A DNA stretch of 64,000 nucleotides, taken from the NCBI GenBank assembly GCA_028693955.1, contig JAQUUH010000001.1, positions 16,260-80,259 of the forward strand, written 5' to 3'. Both the position numbers and the translations under genes were made by a program. The stretch comes from Bacilli bacterium. Its GTDB lineage: Bacteria > Bacillota_I > Bacilli_A > RFN20 > UBA1709. The notes beneath the pieces are model-generated. The model was given only the letters and a program-made list of their open reading frames with translations, ran no database searches and had not been told where the DNA came from. This document shows positions 41,859 through 52,141 of the stretch, one piece after another; within the stretch, counting starts at the first letter, position 1, and every line of letters starts with the position of its first letter.

Positions 41859-42620
41859 ATGTCCAGAAATTATAAAGAGATTATTAATAGTTCAATTAAT
41901 GATTTTATTGATTATACCAATCCATTACAAAAAATAATGAGCTATTCTTTGCTTGGGGAAAGCAAAAGAGTAAGATCAATTCTTTTCCTAATGATATTAG
42001 ATTATTATGGATTAAACTATGAGAAATATTTAAATTTTTCAATTGCAATAGAATATATACATTCTTATTCTCTGGTTCATGATGATTTACCAGAAGTAGA
42101 TGATTCGGATTTTAGAAGAAATAGACATTCTTGTCATGTTGAGTATGGCCATGCTAATGCTCTTTTTTGTGGAGATGCCCTTGTCACTGATGCATTTGGA
42201 ATATTGTGTGATTGTGAATTTGTTAAAGAGAATAACATGATCGAAATAATAAAACTCTGGTCAAGATATTTTGGCTCATCAGGACTTGTATTGGGACAAT
42301 TTAAGGATATTAACAAAAATTTTGAGTACTTTGATATAATATATCTAAAAACATCTTCTTTTTTTGAGTTAATATGTATAACAGCTCAAAAAATACTCGA
42401 AAATAGTAATTTAGTTGATGAATGGTCTTTAATAGGTAGATATATGGGCGATATTTATCAAATTAATGATGACTTGTCGGACTGTGATGTATCTGTTACA
42501 AAGGAATATTTAGAAACAAAACTTGCTGAAGAAAAGAAATTGTTAAGAGTTTTGATTAATAAAAATATAAATCAAAACTCTGATTTATATAACTATATTT
42601 TAAAAATTACTGATTTTTAA
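41859..42620 (+). CDS. ispA: short-chain trans-prenyl diphosphate synthase (FPP synthase-like)
   Basis: Aromatic-residue signature SYSLVHDDLPEVDD and second Asp-rich motif NDDLSD. 253 aa is short for this family. Position matches xseB-ispA-dxs synteny. Confidence 0.7.
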   Translation: MSRNYKEIINSSINDFIDYTNPLQKIMSYSLLGESKRVRSILFLMILDYYGLNYEKYLNFSIAIEYIHSYSLVHDDLPEVDDSDFRRNRHSCHVEYGHANALFCGDALVTDAFGILCDCEFVKENNMIEIIKLWSRYFGSSGLVLGQFKDINKNFEYFDIIYLKTSSFFELICITAQKILENSNLVDEWSLIGRYMGDIYQINDDLSDCDVSVTKEYLETKLAEEKKLLRVLINKNINQNSDLYNYILKITDF

Positions 42621-42629
42621 TATAAAAGA

Positions 42630-44513
42630 ATGGTTGGTGATTTAATTTTGAATTTAGATGAAATAACTGGTCCTGAATTTTTAAAGAAACTCGATAACAA
42701 GGAATTGATTTTGTTGGCTAAAGATATTAGAAAATCAATTATTGATGTTGTTTCAACAAAAGGTGGACATTTATCTAGTAATTTAGGTGTTGTTGAGTTA
42801 ACTATTGCTCTTCATACTGTTTTTAATGCACCAAAAGATAAGATAATATTTGATGTTGGTCACCAATCTTATACACATAAAATTTTAACAGGTAGATATA
42901 ATGAATTTAAAAATAGTCTTAGAGATTTTAAGGGAATTTCTGGTTATCAAAAAATCAAAGAAAGTGAATATGATTGTTATGAAGCTGGTCATTCTTCTAC
43001 ATCCATATCTGCAGCTTGTGGTTTTTTAAAGGCTCAAGAAATAAATTTAGAAAATAATGAAATAATTGCTGTTATTGGTGATTCTTCTATTACTTCCGGA
43101 TTGGCATTAGAGGGATTAAATAACCTTTCTTCAATAAAAGGTAAGGTAATAATAGTCTTGAATGACAATGGAATGGCAATTTCAAGGCCTGTAGGAGGAG
43201 TTTCTAAAACATTTTCAAAAATAAGAAGTTCAATTACTTATACTTCAACCAAAAATCGTTTTAGAAAAATTCTCTCAAAAATTCCTTTTGGTGCAAAAAT
43301 ATATGTATTTTTGAGATATTTAAAAAATTCTATTAGAAGATTGTTTATTGAAACAACCCTATTTGAGAATTTTAACCTTGATTATATTGGGCCAATTGAT
43401 GGACATAATATTAAAAAAATGATTAAAGCTTTCAATGTGGCAAAAAATTCCCATAAATCAATAGTTGTTCATGTTGTTACAAAAAAAGGCTTTGGATATA
43501 AACCAGCTGAAGACGATAAATACGGGAAATGGCACGGAGTTGAAAAATTTGATGTTTTTACTGGAGAGTTTTCAACTTCTAATGAAGAAAATAGCATTTC
43601 TTGGAGTGAGGCAATAGCAAATATTGTCCATGAATTTATGATTAGAGATTCAAAAATAGTAACTATTACACCAGCAATGATTGAAGGGTCAAAATTAAGT
43701 AAGATTTTTAGGGATTTTTCAAATAGATCTATTGATGTTGGAATAAGTGAAGAACATGCATTTACAATGTCAGGAAGTATGTATCTTGGTGGTTTGCATC
43801 CTTATATATCAATTTATTCAACATTTTTACAAAGGGCCTATGATGAAGTTTGTCATGATGTAGCTAGAATGAATTTACCATTGGTAGTTGGTGTAGATCG
43901 TGCAGGAATTGTTGGAAAAGATGGTGATACTCATCAAGGAATTTTTGATGTTGCATTTTTAAAAACCATACCTAATACTATTATAGCAATGCCAAAAGAT
44001 TATGATGATGCTAAAAAATTATACGAAATTGCTTTTCAATACAAAAATTTATTTTTTATAAGATATCCTAGAGGAAAAACAAAAATTGAATCAGATGAAG
44101 ATAAAAATAACGTGTATATTGGTAAATGGGATCTTTTTGAAAGCAATGCTAGTTCTAATTTGAATATAATAGTTACTGGACCAAATTTTGATATAGTTAG
44201 AAAAAAATTGTCTAAAGAAAAAATAGATTCTAATCTTGTTTTTGCAAGGTTTTATAAACCTATTGACAAGGATGTGCTGAAAAAAATTTGTGACAATGGC
44301 AAAACAATAATTGTATATGATATTTATTCTACAAAAGAAGGTTTATATGATTCAATATGTGAATATATGATAGAAAACAAATATAATTCTAAAGTTATTA
44401 ATCTTTCTGTTCCGACAGATTTCATCCAACATGGCAATATTGATGAGATTTTGATTTCATTGAATTTGAGTATAGATGATTTAGTTAAAATAGCAAAAGG
44501 TGAGTTAAAGTGA
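42630..44513 (+). CDS. dxs: 1-deoxy-D-xylulose-5-phosphate synthase
   Basis: ThDP-binding GHQSYTHKILTGR and GDSS motifs. 627 aa. Confidence 0.9.
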   Translation: MVGDLILNLDEITGPEFLKKLDNKELILLAKDIRKSIIDVVSTKGGHLSSNLGVVELTIALHTVFNAPKDKIIFDVGHQSYTHKILTGRYNEFKNSLRDFKGISGYQKIKESEYDCYEAGHSSTSISAACGFLKAQEINLENNEIIAVIGDSSITSGLALEGLNNLSSIKGKVIIVLNDNGMAISRPVGGVSKTFSKIRSSITYTSTKNRFRKILSKIPFGAKIYVFLRYLKNSIRRLFIETTLFENFNLDYIGPIDGHNIKKMIKAFNVAKNSHKSIVVHVVTKKGFGYKPAEDDKYGKWHGVEKFDVFTGEFSTSNEENSISWSEAIANIVHEFMIRDSKIVTITPAMIEGSKLSKIFRDFSNRSIDVGISEEHAFTMSGSMYLGGLHPYISIYSTFLQRAYDEVCHDVARMNLPLVVGVDRAGIVGKDGDTHQGIFDVAFLKTIPNTIIAMPKDYDDAKKLYEIAFQYKNLFFIRYPRGKTKIESDEDKNNVYIGKWDLFESNASSNLNIIVTGPNFDIVRKKLSKEKIDSNLVFARFYKPIDKDVLKKICDNGKTIIVYDIYSTKEGLYDSICEYMIENKYNSKVINLSVPTDFIQHGNIDEILISLNLSIDDLVKIAKGELK

Positions 44514-45340
44514 GACTTGATTTATTTTTAGCATCTCATTTATTTTTTGATAAATCTCGTAGTCAAATACAAAAGGTAATAAGATCTGGAAACATAAAAG
44601 TAAATGGTAAAATTATAAATAAAACCGGATTTGAGGTAGATGAAATTAAAGATTATGTTGAATTTATTGGCGGTTTTAATTATTTTAAGTATGTATCTAA
44701 AGGTGGATATAAATTAGAAAAGGCCATTGAATTATTTAATCTATCTTTTTTAAATAAAAATGTCATGGATATTGGAGCATCCACTGGAGGATTTACTGAT
44801 TGTAGTTTACAACATGGTGCAAAATATGTAGTTGCAATAGATGTTGGTCATAATCAAATGACTGGATCTTTAAAAAATAATAGTAAAGTTTTTTGCATGG
44901 AAAACACAAATTTTAGAGATTTGTCACCAAGTAATTTGCAAGAAAAAAACTTTGATTATTTTGTAATTGATGTTTCCTTCATATCTTTAAAACATATTTT
45001 TGAAAATTTAATTCAATTTACAAACAAAAATTCTAAAATAATTTCTTTAATAAAACCTCAATTTGAAGTTGGTAAAGAAAACATTGGTAAAAATGGTATT
45101 GTGAAAGACAAAAAAAATCATAAAAAAGCAATTTATGATGTTATAAATTTTGCACTATCAAATAAAATATATATTGAGTCTTTAACATTTTCTCCAGTAA
45201 AGGGTGGCAATGATGGTAATATAGAATTTTTAGCACTTTTTTCTTTAATGAAATGCATTGAAAATAATGATAAAATAAAAAGTATGGTAGATTATGTTGT
45301 AAATACTGCACATTTATTTTTTGAAAAAGAGGTGGACTAG
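44510..45340 (+). CDS. tlyA: TlyA-family rRNA 2'-O-methyltransferase
   Basis: S4 domain followed by an FtsJ-like methyltransferase domain. GTG start overlaps the dxs stop. Confidence 0.8.
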   Translation: MRLDLFLASHLFFDKSRSQIQKVIRSGNIKVNGKIINKTGFEVDEIKDYVEFIGGFNYFKYVSKGGYKLEKAIELFNLSFLNKNVMDIGASTGGFTDCSLQHGAKYVVAIDVGHNQMTGSLKNNSKVFCMENTNFRDLSPSNLQEKNFDYFVIDVSFISLKHIFENLIQFTNKNSKIISLIKPQFEVGKENIGKNGIVKDKKNHKKAIYDVINFALSNKIYIESLTFSPVKGGNDGNIEFLALFSLMKCIENNDKIKSMVDYVVNTAHLFFEKEVD

Positions 45341-45342
45341 GT

Positions 45343-46998
45343 ATGATAAAGCAAATTACAATTAAAAATTTTGCAATTATTGACGATTTAGTAATAGATT
45401 TTAAAGATGGTTTTAATGTTTTTACAGGAGAAACAGGTGCTGGTAAATCCATAATAATTGATGCTTTATCACTTCTTACAGGAGAAAGAGCCAGTCCATC
45501 AATGGTGAGATATAATACAAATAAAGCCGTTATTGAAGGTGTGTTTGAGATTGACACCAATATTATAAATAAGCTTGATTTATCATCATATGTAGAAAAC
45601 GATAATCTTCTTATAATTACTAAAGAAATAGATGCTGCTGGTCATTCACAAAGCAAAATAAATGGGCGGATTTCTACTTTAAATAATATAAAAAAAATAA
45701 TGGTAAATATAATTGATATTCATTCACAAAATGATAATCAATATTTATTAGACAAAAATTCACACACACTACTTATTAATGAATATTGCAAAGCTGAAAC
45801 TAAAAAAGAAGTTGCGGAATATATTTCTTCTTTTTCAAAATATACTTTAGATAAAAAAGAATTAGAAGATTTAAAAAAGATAAATTATGATAAAGATGTT
45901 TTAGACTCTTTAAAATTTCAGCTATTAGAAATAGAGAATGCTGATTTAAAGGAAAATGAAATAGAAGAATTAGAAATTGAACAAAAAAGAATTCAAAACT
46001 TTTCTAAAATAAGTGATAAGTATAAAGAATTATCTTTTTATATTAGTAGCGATTCGGGGTCTTTAATAAATCTTTACAACGCTAAAAAAGTAATAGAATC
46101 TTTTTCTAATGATCCGATGTTTTCAAAGCATATAGATTTAATAAACGATTTATATTATAGACTTGATGACTTAGCAAGTGATATAAAAAGTGATTATGAA
46201 AGCATCAATTATGATGAGTACAAAATAAATGAAATACAAGAAAGAATTTTTCAAATAAATAAATTGAAAAGAAAGTATAATTCTACAACCACACAAGAAC
46301 TTTTTAGTTATAAAGATTCTTTAATTAAAAAAATTGAAAATATGGAAAATTTATTATTTAAAATTGAAAATTTAGAAGAAGAATTTAAAAAATCAAAAGA
46401 AGATGTTTTTAAAAATGGGGCAATATTAGCAAAAAAACAATTATTAATTTCTCAAAAATTACTAAAAGAAATAAAAAATCAATTAAAATCTCTTTACTTA
46501 CCTAATGCTAATTTTGATTTAAAAGTAAATTCTTTAAAAGAGCCATCGTGCTTGGGAACTTATGATTATGAGTTCATTGTTAGTTTAAATCCAGGAACCC
46601 CTTTATTACCATTAATTAAAGTTGCATCTGGTGGTGAAATGAGCAGATTGATGCTTGGTCTTAAAGTTATTTTTAATTCATTATATGGAATATCAACATC
46701 AATTTTTGATGAAATTGATGTTGGTGTTAGTGGAAAAGTATCAAGATCATTAGGAGAAAAAATGATGGAGTTATCACACAAAACTCAAGTTGTTTGTATA
46801 ACTCATTCCCCACAAATAGCTTCTATAGGTAATAGTCATTATCGTGTTGAAAAAGTTATCAAGAATAATAATACTTATACTATTGTAAATTTTTTGAATA
46901 AAGAGCAAAGAATTAGTGAGATAGCAAAAATGTTGAGTGGTTCAAATACTCCTACAGAACACGCTATCGCTAATGCTATTGATTTATTGGAAAATTAA
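45343..46998 (+). CDS. recN: DNA repair protein RecN
   Basis: SMC-like protein with Walker A GETGAGKS and a coiled coil. Confidence 0.9.
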   Translation: MIKQITIKNFAIIDDLVIDFKDGFNVFTGETGAGKSIIIDALSLLTGERASPSMVRYNTNKAVIEGVFEIDTNIINKLDLSSYVENDNLLIITKEIDAAGHSQSKINGRISTLNNIKKIMVNIIDIHSQNDNQYLLDKNSHTLLINEYCKAETKKEVAEYISSFSKYTLDKKELEDLKKINYDKDVLDSLKFQLLEIENADLKENEIEELEIEQKRIQNFSKISDKYKELSFYISSDSGSLINLYNAKKVIESFSNDPMFSKHIDLINDLYYRLDDLASDIKSDYESINYDEYKINEIQERIFQINKLKRKYNSTTTQELFSYKDSLIKKIENMENLLFKIENLEEEFKKSKEDVFKNGAILAKKQLLISQKLLKEIKNQLKSLYLPNANFDLKVNSLKEPSCLGTYDYEFIVSLNPGTPLLPLIKVASGGEMSRLMLGLKVIFNSLYGISTSIFDEIDVGVSGKVSRSLGEKMMELSHKTQVVCITHSPQIASIGNSHYRVEKVIKNNNTYTIVNFLNKEQRISEIAKMLSGSNTPTEHAIANAIDLLEN

Positions 46999-47110
46999 GT
47001 ATATTTTTATCGTTTTTTTAATAAAAAAATGATAATGTCTGCAATAATCACCTTTATCCTTCTTTTAATTCATTGTATATTTTTAATAATTTATTGAATG
47101 GAGGATTTTT

Positions 47111-47887
47111 ATGAGGAAATATAGTGTTTTTATTGCAGATAAAGACTTAAAAAGTATTGTGAATTTAAAAAATCAAATATCTTGTTTCAAATCATTAAAA
47201 TTTTTAGACTATGCAAATGATGGTGATGAATGCTTTCAGAAATTAATCAATTATAAAAAAGTTGATTTTTTAATTTTAGATTTGATTTTACCCAAAATTG
47301 ATGGCTATTTATTATTAGAAAAAATAAAGAATAATAAAATAATAAGTATTAAAAATATAATATGTACATCTTATTTTTCAAATGAAGAGTTCATGAAATA
47401 TATGAAAGATTTAAATGTTAAATTCTTTTTTATTAAACCTTATGATTATAATCAAATACTAAAATTGATGGAAATATTGACTTCAAATAAATCATTAAAA
47501 ATTATTGAAAAAATTCAATCAAAAGAACAAATTAATATAGAAAAAAATGTTGATATTTTACTTTCTAAACTTAAAGTACCCTTGAATTTGGTAGGACATA
47601 GGTATCTTAAGTCATCAATATTGGAAGTATTACAAAATGAAGAAATGCTTTTTAGAATAACAAAACTTCTTTATCCAACCATTGCTAGCAAACACAAGAC
47701 AACTTCATATAGAGTTGAAAGATCCATAAGAAGTGCTATTAAAATAACATGGCAAAGAAATAATTGTGTCAATATACATGAGTTATTCGGAATCATTCCA
47801 AGTTTTAAAAAAGAAATACCATCTAATTCTGAATTGATTTCATTAATCAGTGAAAAAATAAAAATGGATTTCAAAAATTTAATTTAA
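47111..47887 (+). CDS. spo0A: Spo0A-like response regulator (receiver plus Spo0A_C DNA-binding domain)
   Basis: Receiver aligns with B. subtilis Spo0A (phospho-Asp equivalent DFLILDLILP, conserved Lys IKP). C-terminal signature TSYRVERSIRSAIKITWQRN matches the SRVERAIRHAIEVAW box of Spo0A. Follows recN, as in Bacillus. Confidence 0.75.
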   Translation: MRKYSVFIADKDLKSIVNLKNQISCFKSLKFLDYANDGDECFQKLINYKKVDFLILDLILPKIDGYLLLEKIKNNKIISIKNIICTSYFSNEEFMKYMKDLNVKFFFIKPYDYNQILKLMEILTSNKSLKIIEKIQSKEQINIEKNVDILLSKLKVPLNLVGHRYLKSSILEVLQNEEMLFRITKLLYPTIASKHKTTSYRVERSIRSAIKITWQRNNCVNIHELFGIIPSFKKEIPSNSELISLISEKIKMDFKNLI

Positions 47888-47954
47888 AAGAACTTACATT
47901 CTTTAATATTTTTCTAAATATTGGTATAATTTATTAAGGGTAGGTGGTAAGTAT

Positions 47955-49142
47955 ATGAGTAAAATATTATTGCATATTGATATGAATGCTTATTTTGCAA
48001 CATGTGCTCAAATTGAAAACCCTAAGTATAGAAACAAACCAATTGCTGTTGGTGGTAAAAGTACGCGTTCTATTATTACTACTGCTTCATATGAGGCTAG
48101 GAAATATGGAATAAAATCCGCTATGCCTGTTTTCCAGGCAAAAAGATTATATCCGGAGATAATTATTGTTAATCCCAATTTTAAAATATATGAAAAATAC
48201 ACAAAAATGTTTATTAATGTAATAAAGAAGTATGCTTCCAAAATTGAACTTGTTAGTATTGATGAATGTTATGTAGATATAACAAAAGAGGTTGATAATT
48301 ACAAAAATCCTTTAAATTTTATAAAAAAAATTCAAAATGATATTTACAATAGCACAGGATTATCTTGTTCAATAGGAGTTGCACCAAATAAGTTTTTAGC
48401 CAAAATGGCCAGTGATTATGAAAAACCAATGGGACTTACCATAATTAGAAAAAGAGATATTGATAAAATATTGTGGCCAATAAAAATAGAAAATATGTAT
48501 GGTTGTGGTAAAAAAACTTCCAAGATGCTAAAAGAAGAGTTCAATATTTTAACTATAGGTGATTTTGCAAAATCAAATGATGAAGAATTAAAAAAAAGAT
48601 TAGGTAAATCGTTTGAAATCTTACATTTATGGGCAAATGGTGGTGGAGATGATAATGTTCAGGAAGAAAAAAAAGATGTTAAAAGTATTGGAAATTCTGA
48701 GACATTAATTCACAACAGTAGTGATTATAAAGAAATCAAAGATGAGATAATAAAGTTGGTAAGAACAATTGAAAAAAGAGCCAAAAATAAACAATTATAT
48801 GGTAGCGGTGTTTCTATTGTTATAAAATATTCAGATTTCACAATAATTAATAGAAGTAAATCAGTTGATTATCCACTGCAAGATTTTGATGAAATTCTTA
48901 TTATTGCTGTAAAATTATTTGAAGAAAATTATGATTTTGGAAGAGAATTACGTTTAATTGGAGTAACTTTAATCAATGTTAAACCTCTTAGTGAATTTGT
49001 AAGACAGATATCTCTTTTTGATTTGAATCAGCAAAAAAATTTAAATTCTTCCAAGTGTAAGCAACTTGTTAATTCTATTAATACACAATTGGGAAAAGAA
49101 GTATTGAAAATTGCTTCGGACATAAAAGGAGAATCAGTATAA
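47955..49142 (+). CDS. dinB: DNA polymerase IV
   Basis: Y-family polymerase with IDMNAYFA and SIDECYVD catalytic motifs. Confidence 0.85.
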   Translation: MSKILLHIDMNAYFATCAQIENPKYRNKPIAVGGKSTRSIITTASYEARKYGIKSAMPVFQAKRLYPEIIIVNPNFKIYEKYTKMFINVIKKYASKIELVSIDECYVDITKEVDNYKNPLNFIKKIQNDIYNSTGLSCSIGVAPNKFLAKMASDYEKPMGLTIIRKRDIDKILWPIKIENMYGCGKKTSKMLKEEFNILTIGDFAKSNDEELKKRLGKSFEILHLWANGGGDDNVQEEKKDVKSIGNSETLIHNSSDYKEIKDEIIKLVRTIEKRAKNKQLYGSGVSIVIKYSDFTIINRSKSVDYPLQDFDEILIIAVKLFEENYDFGRELRLIGVTLINVKPLSEFVRQISLFDLNQQKNLNSSKCKQLVNSINTQLGKEVLKIASDIKGESV

Positions 49143-49144
49143 TT

Positions 49145-50074
49145 ATGAAGGATGAAAAATTATTGGAACTATATAACGAATATTTAGTAATTAAAAAAAA
49201 TCTTTCAAAAAATACAATTGCTTCTTATTTTTCCGTTCTTAAAATTTTTTTTAATTATTTAAAAGATAATTCTTCAATTAAATTATGCGAAGTTGAAACA
49301 GAGCTTATTAGACAATATCTCAAATTTGAGGGCGATTTCAAAAAAAATAAATCATTAACATTAAGTCATAAAATAATTGTTTTAAAATCATTTTATAACT
49401 ATTTATATAGTGAAAAATTAATTGATTATGATCCAACTTCTTTAATAGATAATAATTTGCGCGGGCTTCATATTCCTAATTTTATAACAGAAATTGAGTT
49501 TCTGAAAATATTAGACGCTATCCCTGATAATGGTAGTATTAATTATAGAAATAAACTCATAATTGAAATGATGTTTGATAATGGATTAAGAATTTCTGAA
49601 GTTTTATCATTGAATTTAAATGAAATAGATTTTTCTACTTCAACTATAAGAATAAATGGAAAAGGAAATAAGCAAAGAATAGTTTTAATAGGGGACTATG
49701 AAAAAGAAATGCTTAATACTTACTTAAATATTCATCGTCCTAAGATTCTAAAAAAAATGAGGTCAAATTTATTGTTTACCACTGGTAAAGGTAATATAAT
49801 TAATAGAGAATACATATTTAGAATTCTTAAAAAATATTCTAAAATAGCTGGTATAAATAAAAACGTATCACCTCACGTTCTAAGACATTCTTTTGCAACA
49901 AGCATGTTAGAAAATGATGCAGATTTACGAAGTATACAAGTATTATTAGGCCATAGTGATATTTCTACTACTCAGATTTATACGCACGTTTCAACAAAAC
50001 ATTTAAAAGAAAAATATGATGAATTTATTCCAGTACTAGGAGAAAAGGAGGAAGAAAAAAATGACAAAAAATAA
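49145..50074 (+). CDS. xerD: tyrosine recombinase XerD-like
   Basis: C-terminus RHSFATSML...LLGHSDISTTQIYTHV with R, H, R and Y catalytic residues. Sits next to deoB, as Bacillus ripX does. Confidence 0.8.
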   Translation: MKDEKLLELYNEYLVIKKNLSKNTIASYFSVLKIFFNYLKDNSSIKLCEVETELIRQYLKFEGDFKKNKSLTLSHKIIVLKSFYNYLYSEKLIDYDPTSLIDNNLRGLHIPNFITEIEFLKILDAIPDNGSINYRNKLIIEMMFDNGLRISEVLSLNLNEIDFSTSTIRINGKGNKQRIVLIGDYEKEMLNTYLNIHRPKILKKMRSNLLFTTGKGNIINREYIFRILKKYSKIAGINKNVSPHVLRHSFATSMLENDADLRSIQVLLGHSDISTTQIYTHVSTKHLKEKYDEFIPVLGEKEEEKNDKK

Positions 50075-51254
50075 CTTTAGAAGAGTATTTTTGATAGTTT
50101 TAGATTCTGTAGGAATTGGGCACGCAAAAGATGCAAAAAAATATGGAGATGAAGGTGCAAATACAATTCTCCATATAGATAAAGAAGTTAAAGGATTATA
50201 TCTTCCAACACTTGAAAAATTGGGTCTTGGGAATTTTGACGATTATATAAAGATAAAAAAAATAAATCCTCATAAAAATTATATAGGAAGATTAGCTGAA
50301 AAAAGTTTAGGGAAAGATACAATGACAGGGCATTGGGAAATGATGGGTCTTAATATTACAAAACCTTTTAAAACATTTACAGATACAGGATTTCCTGAAG
50401 AATTAATAAATGAATTATCCAAAAAAACAGGATATGGTGTTATAGGAAATAAATCTGCTAGTGGTACTGAAATAATTAAAGAACTGGGGGAAGAACATTT
50501 GAAGACAAAAAAAATAATTGTCTATACATCTGCAGACTCAGTCTTACAAATTGCAGCAAATGAAAGAATAATTCCAGTTGAGGAACTATATAGAATTTGT
50601 GAAATTGCTCGTGAAATTACATTAAAAGATGAATGGAAAGTGGGCCGTGTTATAGCAAGACCATTTGAAGGAACTACTTCGGATAATTTTAAAAGAACTC
50701 CGAGAAGACATGATTATGCATTATCTCCTTTTTCTAAAACTTATTTGAATTATTTAAAAGAAAATAATTTGGATGTTATTGCAGTTGGTAAAATAAACGA
50801 TATATTTAATGGTAGCGGAATTACACGTTCAATTAAAACTTCAAGTAACAATATGGGAATGGACACAGTAATTAGTTTAGCAAAAGAAGAATTTATGGGA
50901 TTGTGCTTTGTAAATTTAGTGGATTTTGATATGGAGTATGGACATAGAAGAGATCCTCTAGGATATGGGAAGAGCTTAGAAGAATTTGATTTTAGATTAT
51001 CTGAACTTTTACCAAATATTAGTAATGATGATTTGTTAATATTAACAGCTGATCATGGAAACGATCCTACAGCAAAAGGATCTGATCATACAAGAGAGAA
51101 TGTTCCATTCATTTTGTATAGTCCAAGATTTCAAAGTGGTGCTATTATAGAAATTGGGGATACGTTTGGTAATATAGGAGCTACAATCGTCGATAATTTT
51201 GGGATTGGTACAAATAATTTATTGGGGATCAGTATTCTTAATAAATTAAAATAA
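50061..51254 (+). CDS. deoB: phosphopentomutase
   Basis: 397 aa alkaline-phosphatase-superfamily protein with DeoB-like motifs. Confidence 0.85.
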   Translation: MTKNNFRRVFLIVLDSVGIGHAKDAKKYGDEGANTILHIDKEVKGLYLPTLEKLGLGNFDDYIKIKKINPHKNYIGRLAEKSLGKDTMTGHWEMMGLNITKPFKTFTDTGFPEELINELSKKTGYGVIGNKSASGTEIIKELGEEHLKTKKIIVYTSADSVLQIAANERIIPVEELYRICEIAREITLKDEWKVGRVIARPFEGTTSDNFKRTPRRHDYALSPFSKTYLNYLKENNLDVIAVGKINDIFNGSGITRSIKTSSNNMGMDTVISLAKEEFMGLCFVNLVDFDMEYGHRRDPLGYGKSLEEFDFRLSELLPNISNDDLLILTADHGNDPTAKGSDHTRENVPFILYSPRFQSGAIIEIGDTFGNIGATIVDNFGIGTNNLLGISILNKLK

Positions 51255-51298
51255 ATAATAATCAACATAACATAAATTATGCGAAGTAATATGTCTGA

Positions 51299-51331
51299 GT
51301 AAAAAGAGAAGTTAATAGCTTCTCTTTTTGG
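51299..51331. terminator. bidirectional terminator
   Basis: aaaaagagaag-ttaatag-cttctcttttt. Confidence 0.8.
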
Positions 51332-51333
51332 TG

Positions 51334-51801
51334 TTAGAAAATCATTTTCTCTATTATTAAAACAATTTTTTCTAAATTATCTTTATCAATTTTTTCAAAT
51401 CTTCCTATATATGGTGAATCAATATCTAAAACTCCAACCATTTCATCTTTTGAGTGTATTGGTATAACTATTTCTGATTTTGAATTACAATCACATGCTA
51501 TATGATCTGAAAAACTATGAACATCATCGACAACAATTGTTTTATTTGTTTCCCAACTTTTTCCACAAACTCCTCTTCCTTTTCTTATTATCGTACAAGC
51601 TGGTAATCCTTGAAATGGTCCAACAATTAATTCTTCATTTTGAACTAAGTAAAATCCGACCCAATTTATATCGCTTAAATATTGATTTAATAAAGCAGAA
51701 ATATTTGCAAGATTTGCAATTAGTCCAGCATTATGAATAATTAATTCTTTTAAATATCTAATTATTGATTCATATTCTTTTATTTTATATTCTTTATCCA
51801 T
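51334..51801 (-). CDS. GAF domain protein (free methionine-R-sulfoxide reductase-like)
   Basis: Single GAF domain of about 155 aa with conserved Cys residues. Confidence 0.65.
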   Translation of the reverse strand: MDKEYKIKEYESIIRYLKELIIHNAGLIANLANISALLNQYLSDINWVGFYLVQNEELIVGPFQGLPACTIIRKGRGVCGKSWETNKTIVVDDVHSFSDHIACDCNSKSEIVIPIHSKDEMVGVLDIDSPYIGRFEKIDKDNLEKIVLIIEKMIF

Positions 51802-52141
51802 TAAATAATCTCCTAATATCAATTATTGGTTGATCTGCCCATAATTCTTCTAAACTATATTTTTCTCTTTCAGGTGTAAAGAAAATATGAACTATAATAT
51901 CATCTATATCTACAAGTACCCATTCCTTATTTCTTCTTCCTTCAATGTGATTTACAAATATATTATGCTTTTTCAAATCTTTTTCAAGATTTTCAGCAAT
52001 AGCATTTGTTAAGGTTGTGTTATTAGCGTCGCATATTACATAATAACTGCATAAAGGATTTACTGCATTTACATTAATTACTATGATGTCATTGCCGCCG
52101 GTTTCATATATTGATTTAATGACTTTTTCTAGTTTCTGCAT
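51794..52141 (-). CDS. rsfS: ribosomal silencing factor RsfS (Iojap)
   Basis: DIIVINV...YYVICDA matches the RsfS pattern. Lies downstream of nadD/yqeK, as in Bacillus. Confidence 0.8.
   Translation of the reverse strand: MQKLEKVIKSIYETGGNDIIVINVNAVNPLCSYYVICDANNTTLTNAIAENLEKDLKKHNIFVNHIEGRRNKEWVLVDIDDIIVHIFFTPEREKYSLEELWADQPIIDIRRLFNG

Noticed and set aside
47029-47097. 22-codon hydrophobic mini-ORF (MIMSAIITFILLLIHCIFLIIY) just upstream of spo0A
   Set aside because: No Shine-Dalgarno. AT-rich intergenic DNA generates such ORFs by chance. No support without expression data.
49145-50074. Tyrosine recombinase as a possible integrase marking a mobile element
   Set aside because: It sits next to deoB, as chromosomal xerD (ripX) does in Bacillus. 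No att-like repeats, no phage or conjugation genes, and uniform GC content.
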